Source: Promethearchaeota archaeon | GTDB lineage: Archaea; Asgardarchaeota; Lokiarchaeia; Sigyniarchaeales; SOKP01 | Length of the DNA stretch: 44,872 nt | Reading direction: 5' to 3' | Assembly (NCBI GenBank): GCA_048939015.1 | Contig: JBHLPW010000043.1 | Location: 1,799-46,670 of the forward strand | Shown: piece after piece, positions 1 to 9,500 of the stretch | Layout: each line of letters begins with the position of its first letter | Numbering within the stretch: position 1 is the first letter of the stretch | Made by a program: the position numbers and the translations under genes | Notes under the pieces: model-generated | What the model saw: the letters and a program-made list of their open reading frames with translations, nothing else | Database searches by the model: none | Told to the model about the DNA's origin: nothing

Positions 1-1329
1 GTCCGAAACGATATCGACCATCAATAAACACGTTCGATTTTCTAACCAGAGCTCTTTTTTTATCATCCATAAAAGTGACAGAATAATCGGAATGATTCTT
101 GTAAGTAGGATGATAATGCATAATGCTAGATATCCATAAATAGGGATAAAAATGAAACATAATATAATGTCAAAAATCGCTGCTGATCCATAGATTTTTG
201 CAACTAATGAATCAAATTCTAAAGGAACCAAGATTTGAAGTGTGAGAGTATGACCAATTCCTATAAGTAAGGGTGCTATTGATAATATTCTGATAACATT
301 AATACTTCCGATGTATTCAACGCCAAACAATAAACTTACAACATTTTCTGCGAAAAAGAAAAGAAAAACAAAAGCTAATACGCCAATAACAATTATCAAC
401 AGTAAGATTTTCTTAATAAAATCAAAAATTTTGGATTCATTTCCATTATTGCTTTCAGTGATCATTTTTACGATATGCGGAAATACAGTGGTAGTAATCA
501 AAGAAATGACCAAAACAAAGATTTGAATAACTTTATACCCTGCTGAAAATACACCAACAAAGTAATAATCTACAAGTAGACCTAAAATAAAAGGATTCAA
601 GTAATTGATTATGTTTGTCGAGAAATATACTAGGAACATATGAAAACCTGATGAAAATTGATATTTAATATCAACAAGAGAGCTGGTATGAAACTGCATT
701 TTGTATTTTTTAACAATGAAAATTTGAGTACATATTCCAATAAGAATAGCATTAGAGAATACAAAAAACGCATATAAAATATAATCAGATTCAGAATTAA
801 TAAACGAAAAGATGAGAATAATAAGAATAATTTTTCCAATAATGTGTATTATGGTCAGATATTTCATTTTCTCAATTCCTCTAAAAAACCAAGTTGGGGA
901 TAAAACGCTTTGAATTATCAGACCAAATAACAAGAGAAAAATAACTGCATTTTCTCTAAATCTCTCAAAAATATTAACAAAAGTGAAAAGTGCCACGAAA
1001 CATACAACTGAGAGAATAATTCTTACTAAATTAATTGCACTATAGATTTTTTGGATTTTTTCAGTATCATCTCTGAATTTTGATACAGCTCGAGTTCCAG
1101 AATGATTGAAACCGTATTCTGTAATGACTTGAAGAAATAATATGAAAGAATTGGCAAAAGAGATAATACCATATATATCTGCGCCTAAAACTCTCGTAAG
1201 GTAGGGTAAAATGATAAGTTCGGTAATAAATACCAAACCTTGAAGAACTGAAAGTGATAAGAAGTTCTCCATTAACTTTTGCCATACTTTGTTTTTTAAA
1301 AGACTGCCAATTTTTTTAAATAAACTCAA
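1..1329 (-). CDS. wzx: Wzx-type oligosaccharide flippase / polysaccharide biosynthesis protein (3' end runs off the window)
   Basis: Absent from the ORF track because no stop is reached. Manual translation from TTG 1329 (or ATG 1272): MENFLSLSVLQGLVFITELIILPYLTRVLGADIYGIISFANSFILFLQVITEYGFNHSGTRAVSK...PTWFFRGIEKMKYLTII. 'PYLTRVLG..YG' and 'WFF.G.EKMKY' are typical Wzx motifs; it lies next to sugar-nucleotide genes. Confidence 0.85.
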   Translation of the reverse strand, partial: MSLFKKIGSLLKNKVWQKLMENFLSLSVLQGLVFITELIILPYLTRVLGADIYGIISFANSFILFLQVITEYGFNHSGTRAVSKFRDDTEKIQKIYSAINLVRIILSVVCFVALFTFVNIFERFRENAVIFLLLFGLIIQSVLSPTWFFRGIEKMKYLTIIHIIGKIILIILIFSFINSESDYILYAFFVFSNAILIGICTQIFIVKKYKMQFHTSSLVDIKYQFSSGFHMFLVYFSTNIINYLNPFILGLLVDYYFVGVFSAGYKVIQIFVLVISLITTTVFPHIVKMITESNNGNESKIFDFIKKILLLIIVIGVLAFVFLFFFAENVVSLLFGVEYIGSINVIRILSIAPLLIGIGHTLTLQILVPLEFDSLVAKIYGSAAIFDIILCFIFIPIYGYLALCIIILLTRIIPIILSLLWMIKKELWLENRTCLLMVDIVSD

Positions 1330-1433
1330 AATCCTTTATTTCCTAAACTAATTACATTTATGAAATTATTTATGACTTAAAAAATTAAAGAATATCATAG
1401 AATAGAACATTTTAATACATTTTAAGAAGGAAT

Positions 1434-2576
1434 ATGAAAGACAGAGTAGAAAATATCAATTACTGTACTCATTCAAATTTAAGCGACCTTTCTTATGGGG
1501 GTTGTATTAATGACAATAAATTCATAATTTCAATTCCTTCGGATTACAATATAACCAAGGTATTTCCAAATAGAAATAAAGATAATACTCTTAGTTTTTT
1601 AAACTCATTAAAATTGATTTTAAGATTAATAAAATTATCAATGAGATCACGTCAGACATTTGTTATAAGAGCAACACGTCCGGGATTTATTCCTATTTTT
1701 TTTAAAAAGCTAAGGAAACATAAACTTGTACTCAATATGGGATGTACTCCATTTTCTACTATTGAGAGAAATGCATTTTATAGAAATCCTACCTTAAACC
1801 CAAAGTATAGGTTATTAACTAATATTCTAATGAAAATAGAATTCCAATTTGAGAAATATCTTGTGAGGAAGGCAGATCTTATCTTTGTTGAGAATAAACA
1901 AGCGAAGAAATTAGTTGAAAAATTTGGAGGTAAATCTGCTAAAATTGTGCTAGCACCTTATTATGTACAAGATTATTTTTTAACAACAAGAGAATTAAAA
2001 TATAATTTCAAAGATGGAGAACCTTTAATAGTTGGTTATACAGGAAGGTTCCATAAATATGATAAGCTTGCTCCCTTAATAGATGCTACTAAAATTTTAA
2101 AAGATCAAGGTTTTCCGATTATTATAAAATTAATTGGTGATGGTCCAACTAAAATAGAAATTCAAAATAAAGTTAGAAGTTTAAATCTTAAGGATAATGT
2201 TCAATTTTTGGGACCTCAACAACATGAAATGGTTTCAAAAATAATTGATACAGAACATGTTCTAATTTTGCCAATGGTTAACAATATATGTCCCTCAACA
2301 ATTCCTATTAAAATGCTTGAAGGGATTATTAAGGGGAAAGTTATTTTAACTAATAAAGCAGGTAATATATTATCACTGTTTAATCCTTATATAGACCTTG
2401 TTTTAGAAGACTTCTCAGATCCAAAAATCATTGCTGAGAAAATTATTGATATTGCTCATAATTATGATAAGTATCAGGAGAAAGCTCGAGTCTTAAGAAA
2501 TCGGCATTTAAAAACACATAATCATGATTATTTTTGTAATCAAGTAGTAGAAAATTTAAGAACAATAAAATCATAA
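1434..2576 (+). CDS. Glycosyltransferase family 4 (GT-B fold)
   Basis: C-terminal 'VGYTGRFHKYDKL...LIGDGP...VQFLG...PIKMLEGIIKGKVIL' is the GT4 nucleotide-sugar-binding pattern. Confidence 0.85.
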   Translation: MKDRVENINYCTHSNLSDLSYGGCINDNKFIISIPSDYNITKVFPNRNKDNTLSFLNSLKLILRLIKLSMRSRQTFVIRATRPGFIPIFFKKLRKHKLVLNMGCTPFSTIERNAFYRNPTLNPKYRLLTNILMKIEFQFEKYLVRKADLIFVENKQAKKLVEKFGGKSAKIVLAPYYVQDYFLTTRELKYNFKDGEPLIVGYTGRFHKYDKLAPLIDATKILKDQGFPIIIKLIGDGPTKIEIQNKVRSLNLKDNVQFLGPQQHEMVSKIIDTEHVLILPMVNNICPSTIPIKMLEGIIKGKVILTNKAGNILSLFNPYIDLVLEDFSDPKIIAEKIIDIAHNYDKYQEKARVLRNRHLKTHNHDYFCNQVVENLRTIKS

Positions 2577-2591
2577 TCAAAATACAAGAAA

Positions 2592-3686
2592 ATGACGAAT
2601 GGTATATGTATTATTGGGGGCGCAAGACCCAATTTTATGAAAATAGCTCCATTGATTAAAGAGTTAGAAAGACAAAAGATTGAATTTAAACTAATTCACA
2701 CGGGACAACATTATGACTATAATATGTCAAAAATCTTTTTTGATAATCTAGGAATATCTAAACCTGATTTTTTCCTCAACGTTGGGTCTGCATCACATTC
2801 TGTTCAAACTGCTAAAATAATGATTGAGTTTGAGAAAGTAGTTATTGAAGAGAAACCTAAATTGATTGTTGTTGTTGGTGATGTCAACTCTACGATTGCA
2901 TGTGCATTAGTTGCAAAGAAATTACAGATAGAAGTAGCCCATGTAGAGGCTGGATTAAGAAGTTTTGACGAGAAAATGCCTGAAGAAATAAATAGAAAAT
3001 TAACAGACCAATTAGCGGATTATTTATTTGTAACAGAAGAGAGTGGATTAATTAATTTAAAAAATGAAGGCGCTGAACCAAATAAAGTGTTTTTTGTTGG
3101 AAATATAATGATTGATAACTTAGTTAGAAATTTAGAGGAAGCTCGAGACAATAACTATTATAAAGAGCTAAATCTTGATAATAAATCCTATGGATTAGTG
3201 ACAATTCATAGACCCTCAAATGTAGATACTAAGGTTGACCTCGAAAGAGTAATAGAAGTTTTAGACTACATTCAATCGAAAATTAAAATAATCTTTCCAA
3301 TTCATCCAAGGACTAAAAAAAATTTGAAATTTTTTAATCTTGAAGAGGAAATGAATAAACCAAATGTTATATTGACTGAACCTTTGGGTTACTTGGAATT
3401 CTTGAATTTAATGATGAATGCTAAGTTTATTCTAACAGATTCTGGTGGAATTCAAGAGGAAGCTTCCTATCTTAAAGTCCCGATTTTAACTTTAAGGCAA
3501 AATACGGAGAGACCTATCACAATTGAAAAAGGTACTAATACATTAATTGGAAATGATTTTGATAAGTTGAAATCATATGTGGATAAGATATTATCAAATT
3601 CTTACAAAAAAGGACAAGATATTGAGAAGTGGGATGGAAAAACTGCTCAAAGAATAGTAGAAATAATTAAAGAAAAAGTATTATAA
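2592..3686 (+). CDS. wecB: UDP-N-acetylglucosamine 2-epimerase (non-hydrolysing)
   Basis: GARPNFMK, HTGQHYD, HVEAGLRSFD..MPEEINR, TDSGGIQEEA and TERP motifs. Confidence 0.95.
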   Translation: MTNGICIIGGARPNFMKIAPLIKELERQKIEFKLIHTGQHYDYNMSKIFFDNLGISKPDFFLNVGSASHSVQTAKIMIEFEKVVIEEKPKLIVVVGDVNSTIACALVAKKLQIEVAHVEAGLRSFDEKMPEEINRKLTDQLADYLFVTEESGLINLKNEGAEPNKVFFVGNIMIDNLVRNLEEARDNNYYKELNLDNKSYGLVTIHRPSNVDTKVDLERVIEVLDYIQSKIKIIFPIHPRTKKNLKFFNLEEEMNKPNVILTEPLGYLEFLNLMMNAKFILTDSGGIQEEASYLKVPILTLRQNTERPITIEKGTNTLIGNDFDKLKSYVDKILSNSYKKGQDIEKWDGKTAQRIVEIIKEKVL

Positions 3687-3717
3687 AGCTTATAATTAAA
3701 TAAAGATTTGAAATAAT

Positions 3718-4689
3718 ATGGATTTTAAGGGAAAAAGAGTTGTTGTTACTGGTGTTGCTGGTTTTATTGGCAGTAATCTAACAGATAAATTACTAGAACT
3801 GGGAGCTGAAGTAATAGGAATTGATAATCTATTTAGTGGAAGATTAGATAATTTGGAAAGTGCTTTTAAGAATAAAAGTTTTGATTTTCAAAAAGGAGAT
3901 GTAAGAGATCTTAATTTCCTTTTAGATCTGTTTAAAGATATTGATATTATATATCATGAGGCTTCCTTTGTTAGTGTTCCACAGTCAGTAAAAATGCCTT
4001 CCTCATGTAATGATTTTAATGTAAATGGTATTTTGAATATACTGAACGCCGCAAGAAAAAAAGATATTGATAATATTATATTTGCTTCAAGTGCTGCTGT
4101 ATATGGAGATAGTCCTACGTTACCAAAAACCGAAGATATGCGAAGAATCCCCTTATCCCCTTATGGGGTTACTAAGCTAGCTTGTGAAGCTTATATCCAA
4201 TCATATCATCATGTTTATGGATTGAATGCATCTTGCTTAAGATATTTCAATATTTATGGCCCAAGGCAAAGAGATTCTCCATATAGTGGAGTAATTGCGA
4301 TATGGATGGGAAAAATTATTAGAAATGAAGATTTGATTATCTTTGGAGATGGAGAAAATATAAGAGATTTTACTTATGTTAAGGATGTTGTTCACGCAAA
4401 TTTATTGGCTGCAGAACATAATATTGGTGGAGAAATTTTAAATGTAGCTTGTGGATCTCCAATTACGTTAACTGAACTTGCGAAATTAATGCTAAAATTA
4501 GCAGGTAAAGAAAACCTGAAAATTAACTATACTGATCCAAGACCAGGTGATATATTACATAGTTATGGAGATGTTTCAAAAGCAAAACAATTAATTGGTT
4601 TTGAAGCAAATTTCAATCAAGAGGAAGGTCTTAGAGATTATTTCAAGTGGTATCGTAAAGAGTATAAAGTAGATTTAAATGTTAATTGA
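3718..4689 (+). CDS. NAD-dependent NDP-sugar epimerase/dehydratase (extended SDR, WbpP/GalE-like)
   Basis: TGVAGFIGS, ASSAAVYG, catalytic YGVTK, LRYFNIYGPRQ, GDGENIRDFTYV. Confidence 0.93.
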   Translation: MDFKGKRVVVTGVAGFIGSNLTDKLLELGAEVIGIDNLFSGRLDNLESAFKNKSFDFQKGDVRDLNFLLDLFKDIDIIYHEASFVSVPQSVKMPSSCNDFNVNGILNILNAARKKDIDNIIFASSAAVYGDSPTLPKTEDMRRIPLSPYGVTKLACEAYIQSYHHVYGLNASCLRYFNIYGPRQRDSPYSGVIAIWMGKIIRNEDLIIFGDGENIRDFTYVKDVVHANLLAAEHNIGGEILNVACGSPITLTELAKLMLKLAGKENLKINYTDPRPGDILHSYGDVSKAKQLIGFEANFNQEEGLRDYFKWYRKEYKVDLNVN

Positions 4690-4822
4690 GAAATTCATTA
4701 AGAAATTATGGATATCTACTTTTTCTTGAATTATACTCTAAAATCCGAAGTAAAGAACATTTGAGAATAAACTTTTAATAAATACAATTTTTACCTAATT
4801 TAATAAAACTTTTAGGATCTCA

Positions 4823-5785
4823 ATGATAAAGAACAAGAAGATTTTAATTACTGGTGGAGCAGGATTCATAGGTTCTCATCTATTTGAAAAACTAATTGAA
4901 AACGACAATTTTATTTTGATTGTAGATAATTTTAGCAGTCCTTATTCTGAAAATGAAATAATTTTTTCAGAGATTACAAAAAATTATGAAATTAAAAAGG
5001 ATTTCGATCTAGTTAAAGGTAATTTAGTGGATAATTCAATTCTGACGAATATAGAATATGATATCGATATTTTCTTTCATTTAGCAGCCATTCCAGGAGT
5101 TAGATATTCTATTAAGAATGCAGCAGAGGTTACAAATAACAATATTATCAGCACAATTAATATCTTTGAAAATGCATTAAAAAAGGATGTCCAGAAAGTG
5201 GTTTTTGCTTCATCTTCTTCAGTCTATGGGAATCCAACTTACACACCTGTAGATGAAGATCATCCGAAAAATCCGATTTCTCCATATGCTGTCTCGAAAT
5301 TATCTTGTGAACTTTATGCTGATTATTATTTTCGAGAATTTAATTTACCAGTAACTTCTATTCGATTCTATACTGTCTATGGTCCAAGAGGTCGACCTGA
5401 TATGGCAATTAGAATCTTCATAAACAATATTTTGCATAACCAGCCGTTAACAGTATTTGGTGATGGAGAACAAATTAGAGATTTTACATTCATATCAGAT
5501 ATTGTTGACGGGCTAATATTAGCTGCGGAAAAAGAAGAATCTTCTGGGGAGATATTCAATTTAGGATGTTCGAGTCCAATTACTGTAAACCAATTAATCG
5601 ATAAAATTTATGCAATAGCAGAAAAGTCAAAAAATATTCAATATCTTGAAAAGCAAAAAGGTGATGTAAGAGTTACACATTCTAAGATAGAGAAAGCACA
5701 TAATATGCTTGGATTTAACCCCAAGGTCAAAATAGATGAGGGTTTAAAAAGAACTTATGATTGGCAACTTGATAAATTAGAGTAG
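4823..5785 (+). CDS. NAD-dependent NDP-sugar epimerase (UDP-glucuronate 4-epimerase-like)
   Basis: TGGAGFIGS, HLAAIPGVRYS, ASSSSVYG, YAVSK, RFYTVYGPRGRPDMA. Confidence 0.92.
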   Translation: MIKNKKILITGGAGFIGSHLFEKLIENDNFILIVDNFSSPYSENEIIFSEITKNYEIKKDFDLVKGNLVDNSILTNIEYDIDIFFHLAAIPGVRYSIKNAAEVTNNNIISTINIFENALKKDVQKVVFASSSSVYGNPTYTPVDEDHPKNPISPYAVSKLSCELYADYYFREFNLPVTSIRFYTVYGPRGRPDMAIRIFINNILHNQPLTVFGDGEQIRDFTFISDIVDGLILAAEKEESSGEIFNLGCSSPITVNQLIDKIYAIAEKSKNIQYLEKQKGDVRVTHSKIEKAHNMLGFNPKVKIDEGLKRTYDWQLDKLE

Positions 5786-5809
5786 AAATAGAAAATTTCA
5801 CCCCGTTAA

Positions 5810-8065
5810 ATGATGAAAGATATTAAAATAGAATTTAATAGATTACTGTTTTATTTAAGAGAGAGAGTTAATCTTATCTTCTTTATATTTTCTATATTCT
5901 CTATATTATTCGTGTTTTTAAACTTATTAGGAGTATTTCCTGTATATTTTCAATCAATTACCTTGTTATGTACAATTTTTATTTTCCTATTTATACCCTC
6001 ATATCCAATCTTCTATGTCATATTAAATAATAAAGAATTGTCTTTTTTGGAAAGATTTAGTTTAACAATAGTAATAAATTCAGCATTTTATATTCTTACT
6101 GGATATATTGGAAATTTCATTGGAATTCCCATTAAAGGGTTTTTTTTCTTTATCGTGTTAATATCCTGTTATTCGATTATTATACTATATATTATATATC
6201 GAGAATTTATCAGTGGAATTATAAATTTTTTTAAACCTAAAAAATCCTTGGATGGAACATCTAAAACAGCTAAAGAATTCTCCTTATTGAAATATTTTAA
6301 AAATCGAGTTCCTTTGAATGTATTATTACTGATTTTTTTTTTAGTTTTAATCTGTATTCTAAACATAATAAGGATAAGCTATTTTGCGGGTACTGATCCC
6401 TGGAAACACATTTTTAATAGTAAAATAATTACCGAATTTAATTTTTTACCCCTTGATAATTACGAGGGAGGAATGGGATTAAATATTATTGAAGCCGTTA
6501 TTGTTTTTTTCTCAGGGGTAGACCATATACTAATCCCACGATACTTCTTGATTTATACATTCTTTTTATCAGGATTACTGTTTTATAATATCTCAAAAAG
6601 GATTTTTAAATCCCAGAATTTATCTCTATTTAGCGTTTTTATCTTAGAATTTTCTTCCTTAGGATTTTCAATAATGATGATTCAGTATTGGCCTTCTGGT
6701 TTAACTTTAATCATGTGTTTAACAATATTTTTCCTTTCATATATTAGACTGCAGAACTTAATTACACTGGAACGTCCAGAGAAGAATACAATTGTCAAAA
6801 ATATATACTTTACTTATACTTTAATCACGTTAATTTTTATAAGTGCATTTCTAACTCATGTTATTACTGCTACAATTTTCTTGTTTTCATTTATATGGTT
6901 ATATTCCATATACTTTTTGAAAGATCGTAGACGAGGAATAGATCTCTTTTTGTTTATTGGATTGTTTGGATTTTTAGTTATACTGAATTTTTTAGGAATA
7001 GGGACTGGTTATATTGGTCAATTCATTCCAGTTAGGTTTTCTTGGTATTTTTTAGTAGCAATTGGTATCGCAGGTATAATGGCAGGAGCATTTCTCTTCT
7101 GGAAGATACAAAAATCTATTGATTTTAACAAGGGAAAGTTTAAATCCACGATAATCGGAAAGACAAGTCCAATTTATAAGAGGATAGAAGACAAAGCAAT
7201 AATTCCACTTATTTTATGTATGGTAATATTAATAACCATTGTTATATTAATAGTAAATCTTTTCACCTTTAATGTAGCGACAATAAATATATTTAACATC
7301 TCTGAAATCTTATTATTTAGTCTTTTTGCTTTTTGGGGTTTGATTATATTTCAGAAAAAGCCAAAAGGTAAGGTCTTATTTATTTGGGGGGCATTTTTTG
7401 TTATATTATTAGGAGCAGGTCTTATTCTTAATATATTTTTAATTAAAATTACTGTTTGGGAAAGAATTGTATATCTCATCCCACCAATAATCGTTATTGG
7501 CTTTATCTCATATATTTATAAGTTAATTAAGACAACTTCAATTCAGACTTTACGTATAAAATTTGTAATTTTACTAATTATTACATTCTCATTATTTACA
7601 ACTTACTTTAATGAATTTGTAAGTATAGAAATATTCAATACAAAACATAGGGAGGTTAGTAGTCTTCAATGGTATTCAACTTATACTTCTAATGAGAATA
7701 TTGTTCTAACTGAATTTGGGTGGGGATATATTATTGATTATTATGATTATCCATTTGATAACCGTGATGAGCTTCTAATTTATAATGAAAGTGTCTATAT
7801 TCTACCCTCTAAAATTGATTTATTTCCACCTAATAATCATATAAATGAGAGTGGAGTAAATCTCTTAAAATACTATAAAAAAAAATACGATACTGATGTA
7901 TATATAATTTTTGAAAATGACTATGTGATAGATAGGGGTTTTGAATTATTTGGGCGCTTAACACCTGAAGAAACAGAAAGTTATTATAATTTAAATTATC
8001 TAAATAAAATTTGTTCATCAAAAACAGAAAGTGGAATAGAAATTCCTCTTTATTGGGTTATTTAA
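5810..8065 (+). CDS. Large multi-pass membrane protein, possibly a GT-C-fold glycosyltransferase/polymerase
   Basis: Many hydrophobic segments, a 'GTDPWKH' motif in the first large loop and a soluble C-terminal domain; last gene of the glycan cluster. The function is inferred. Confidence 0.55.
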   Translation: MMKDIKIEFNRLLFYLRERVNLIFFIFSIFSILFVFLNLLGVFPVYFQSITLLCTIFIFLFIPSYPIFYVILNNKELSFLERFSLTIVINSAFYILTGYIGNFIGIPIKGFFFFIVLISCYSIIILYIIYREFISGIINFFKPKKSLDGTSKTAKEFSLLKYFKNRVPLNVLLLIFFLVLICILNIIRISYFAGTDPWKHIFNSKIITEFNFLPLDNYEGGMGLNIIEAVIVFFSGVDHILIPRYFLIYTFFLSGLLFYNISKRIFKSQNLSLFSVFILEFSSLGFSIMMIQYWPSGLTLIMCLTIFFLSYIRLQNLITLERPEKNTIVKNIYFTYTLITLIFISAFLTHVITATIFLFSFIWLYSIYFLKDRRRGIDLFLFIGLFGFLVILNFLGIGTGYIGQFIPVRFSWYFLVAIGIAGIMAGAFLFWKIQKSIDFNKGKFKSTIIGKTSPIYKRIEDKAIIPLILCMVILITIVILIVNLFTFNVATINIFNISEILLFSLFAFWGLIIFQKKPKGKVLFIWGAFFVILLGAGLILNIFLIKITVWERIVYLIPPIIVIGFISYIYKLIKTTSIQTLRIKFVILLIITFSLFTTYFNEFVSIEIFNTKHREVSSLQWYSTYTSNENIVLTEFGWGYIIDYYDYPFDNRDELLIYNESVYILPSKIDLFPPNNHINESGVNLLKYYKKKYDTDVYIIFENDYVIDRGFELFGRLTPEETESYYNLNYLNKICSSKTESGIEIPLYWVI

Positions 8066-8855
8066 ATATCTTATAATCCCCTGGAAATCTAAAATCTTGT
8101 TTTTCATTTAATATCTTACTTTTGTCGCCTTCAATTTTTATAAGTTGAGGTATTTTTCCAGTTTGTCCAACTTTATTTTCTCTGGATATAAATGCACCTA
8201 TGAGCCCTTCAATATCATCGACAGCATCTAATCCTTTTTTTATGGATTTTTCGATATCATTTCCTTTAACTAAATTACATATTCTTGTAGCTGCGGCATC
8301 TGCCAGAGTAGCATTTTTTGCAAATATTGTTACAGCATCAGCCTGCCCCAAGCTAATTGCATGCCCCACTGTTGCAGAACTTGTGCCAATACCTATTGGA
8401 CAATCACTTTCTTTTATTAAAAATCCGAGATTGAGGTTCAGTTCATTGTCACCAGCATATAATGCAATATTTATTGCTTTTTTAGAATCAATTGCTATCT
8501 CTCCTCCATTTTCGACTAAAGCAATTTCAGGAGTTCTAAAAGTAGAGGACCCATCATTAGCACCAGTTTTCATTGAATCAAGCATTAAATCAGCCAATGC
8601 TCCAGCCACAGCTGCCATAGGCCCTACATCGCACAGATAAGCTGCTTTAGCCATTATATTAATAATTTTTAAATCTGTTTTTACTTTAACAGGAGTAAAA
8701 GAATTTAGAAATTCTTTATCTTTTGCCGTATATTTCTCTAAATCGCGTCGATAGTGGAAAAAACTCTTTTTCGCATTTAATATAGCCTTCTTTGAATCAG
8801 ATATGATTGTAATATCAGATTCTTTTTCTGAAAAGCGTGTTTTATAAGTTTTCAA
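8058..8855 (-). CDS. UPF0280 / ApbE-superfamily protein
   Basis: VGPMAAVAGALAD, VENGGEIAI, GIGTSSATVGHAISLGQADAVT, LADAAAT motifs. Confidence 0.9.
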   Translation of the reverse strand: MKTYKTRFSEKESDITIISDSKKAILNAKKSFFHYRRDLEKYTAKDKEFLNSFTPVKVKTDLKIINIMAKAAYLCDVGPMAAVAGALADLMLDSMKTGANDGSSTFRTPEIALVENGGEIAIDSKKAINIALYAGDNELNLNLGFLIKESDCPIGIGTSSATVGHAISLGQADAVTIFAKNATLADAAATRICNLVKGNDIEKSIKKGLDAVDDIEGLIGAFISRENKVGQTGKIPQLIKIEGDKSKILNEKQDFRFPGDYKIFK

Positions 8856-8968
8856 ATCATTATAAAGATTAAAATCATAATTATATTTGTTGTCTAAAGA
8901 ATCTAATAACTAAACAAATATAAATAAATATATTTACATTATCTATGTAAAAAAAATATCCCTTAATT

Positions 8969-9460
8969 ATGAGCAAAGTTAAATACGAGGAAATTGTCTC
9001 CCAATTAAAATCTGACTTAAATGCTGAATGTGCTATAGCAAATAAATATGGGATTATATTGGGTTCAGTAATAAAGGAGTTTTCTATAGGGAAAGTCATT
9101 CCTCAAGGAATTCTATCCTTAATTTCAAATTCAAAAGAGATAGCAAGCGAGTTGAATTTAAAGAAGATTACATCTTTTGCTTTAGAATCAGAAAAATATA
9201 ATTATCTATTCACTTTTAGTAAAAAATTGATCCTTATCTCCAAATTAGATTTGGATGTAAATCTAGCAAAGTTTATGCCTAATATTAGTGTATTTTTAGA
9301 GAAATTGAATATAAGCATAACAGAGGAAGAAGTGAAAAGCTTTTCTGTCTTTGATTTTTCAAAGGAACTCTCGAAAATTGAAGATACTTTAAAAAGTGAA
9401 AAAATCAATAAAGAAAAGTATTCAATAATAAAAGAGTTAGTAAAACACATTTCGAGTTAA
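8969..9460 (+). CDS. Roadblock/LC7 (MglB/LAMTOR-like) domain protein with C-terminal helical extension
   Basis: Helix, then 'CAIANKYGIILGS' beta-hairpin, helix and three strands ('ITSFALESEKYNYLFTFSKKLILISKL'), then helix: the roadblock topology. Immediately upstream of a small GTPase. Confidence 0.65.
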   Translation: MSKVKYEEIVSQLKSDLNAECAIANKYGIILGSVIKEFSIGKVIPQGILSLISNSKEIASELNLKKITSFALESEKYNYLFTFSKKLILISKLDLDVNLAKFMPNISVFLEKLNISITEEEVKSFSVFDFSKELSKIEDTLKSEKINKEKYSIIKELVKHISS

Positions 9461-9500
9461 GTGTTAATAAGTAAAATGTTAAAAATCATGGTGAACAATC

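Noticed and set aside
311-1285. Small ORFs 311-526(+), 630-839(-) and 1067-1285(-) suggesting a fragmented gene
   Set aside because: They are alternative-frame shadows of the Wzx reading frame that runs off the window edge.
8200-8640. 146-aa plus-strand ORF
   Set aside because: Antisense shadow of the UPF0280 gene with no independent motifs.
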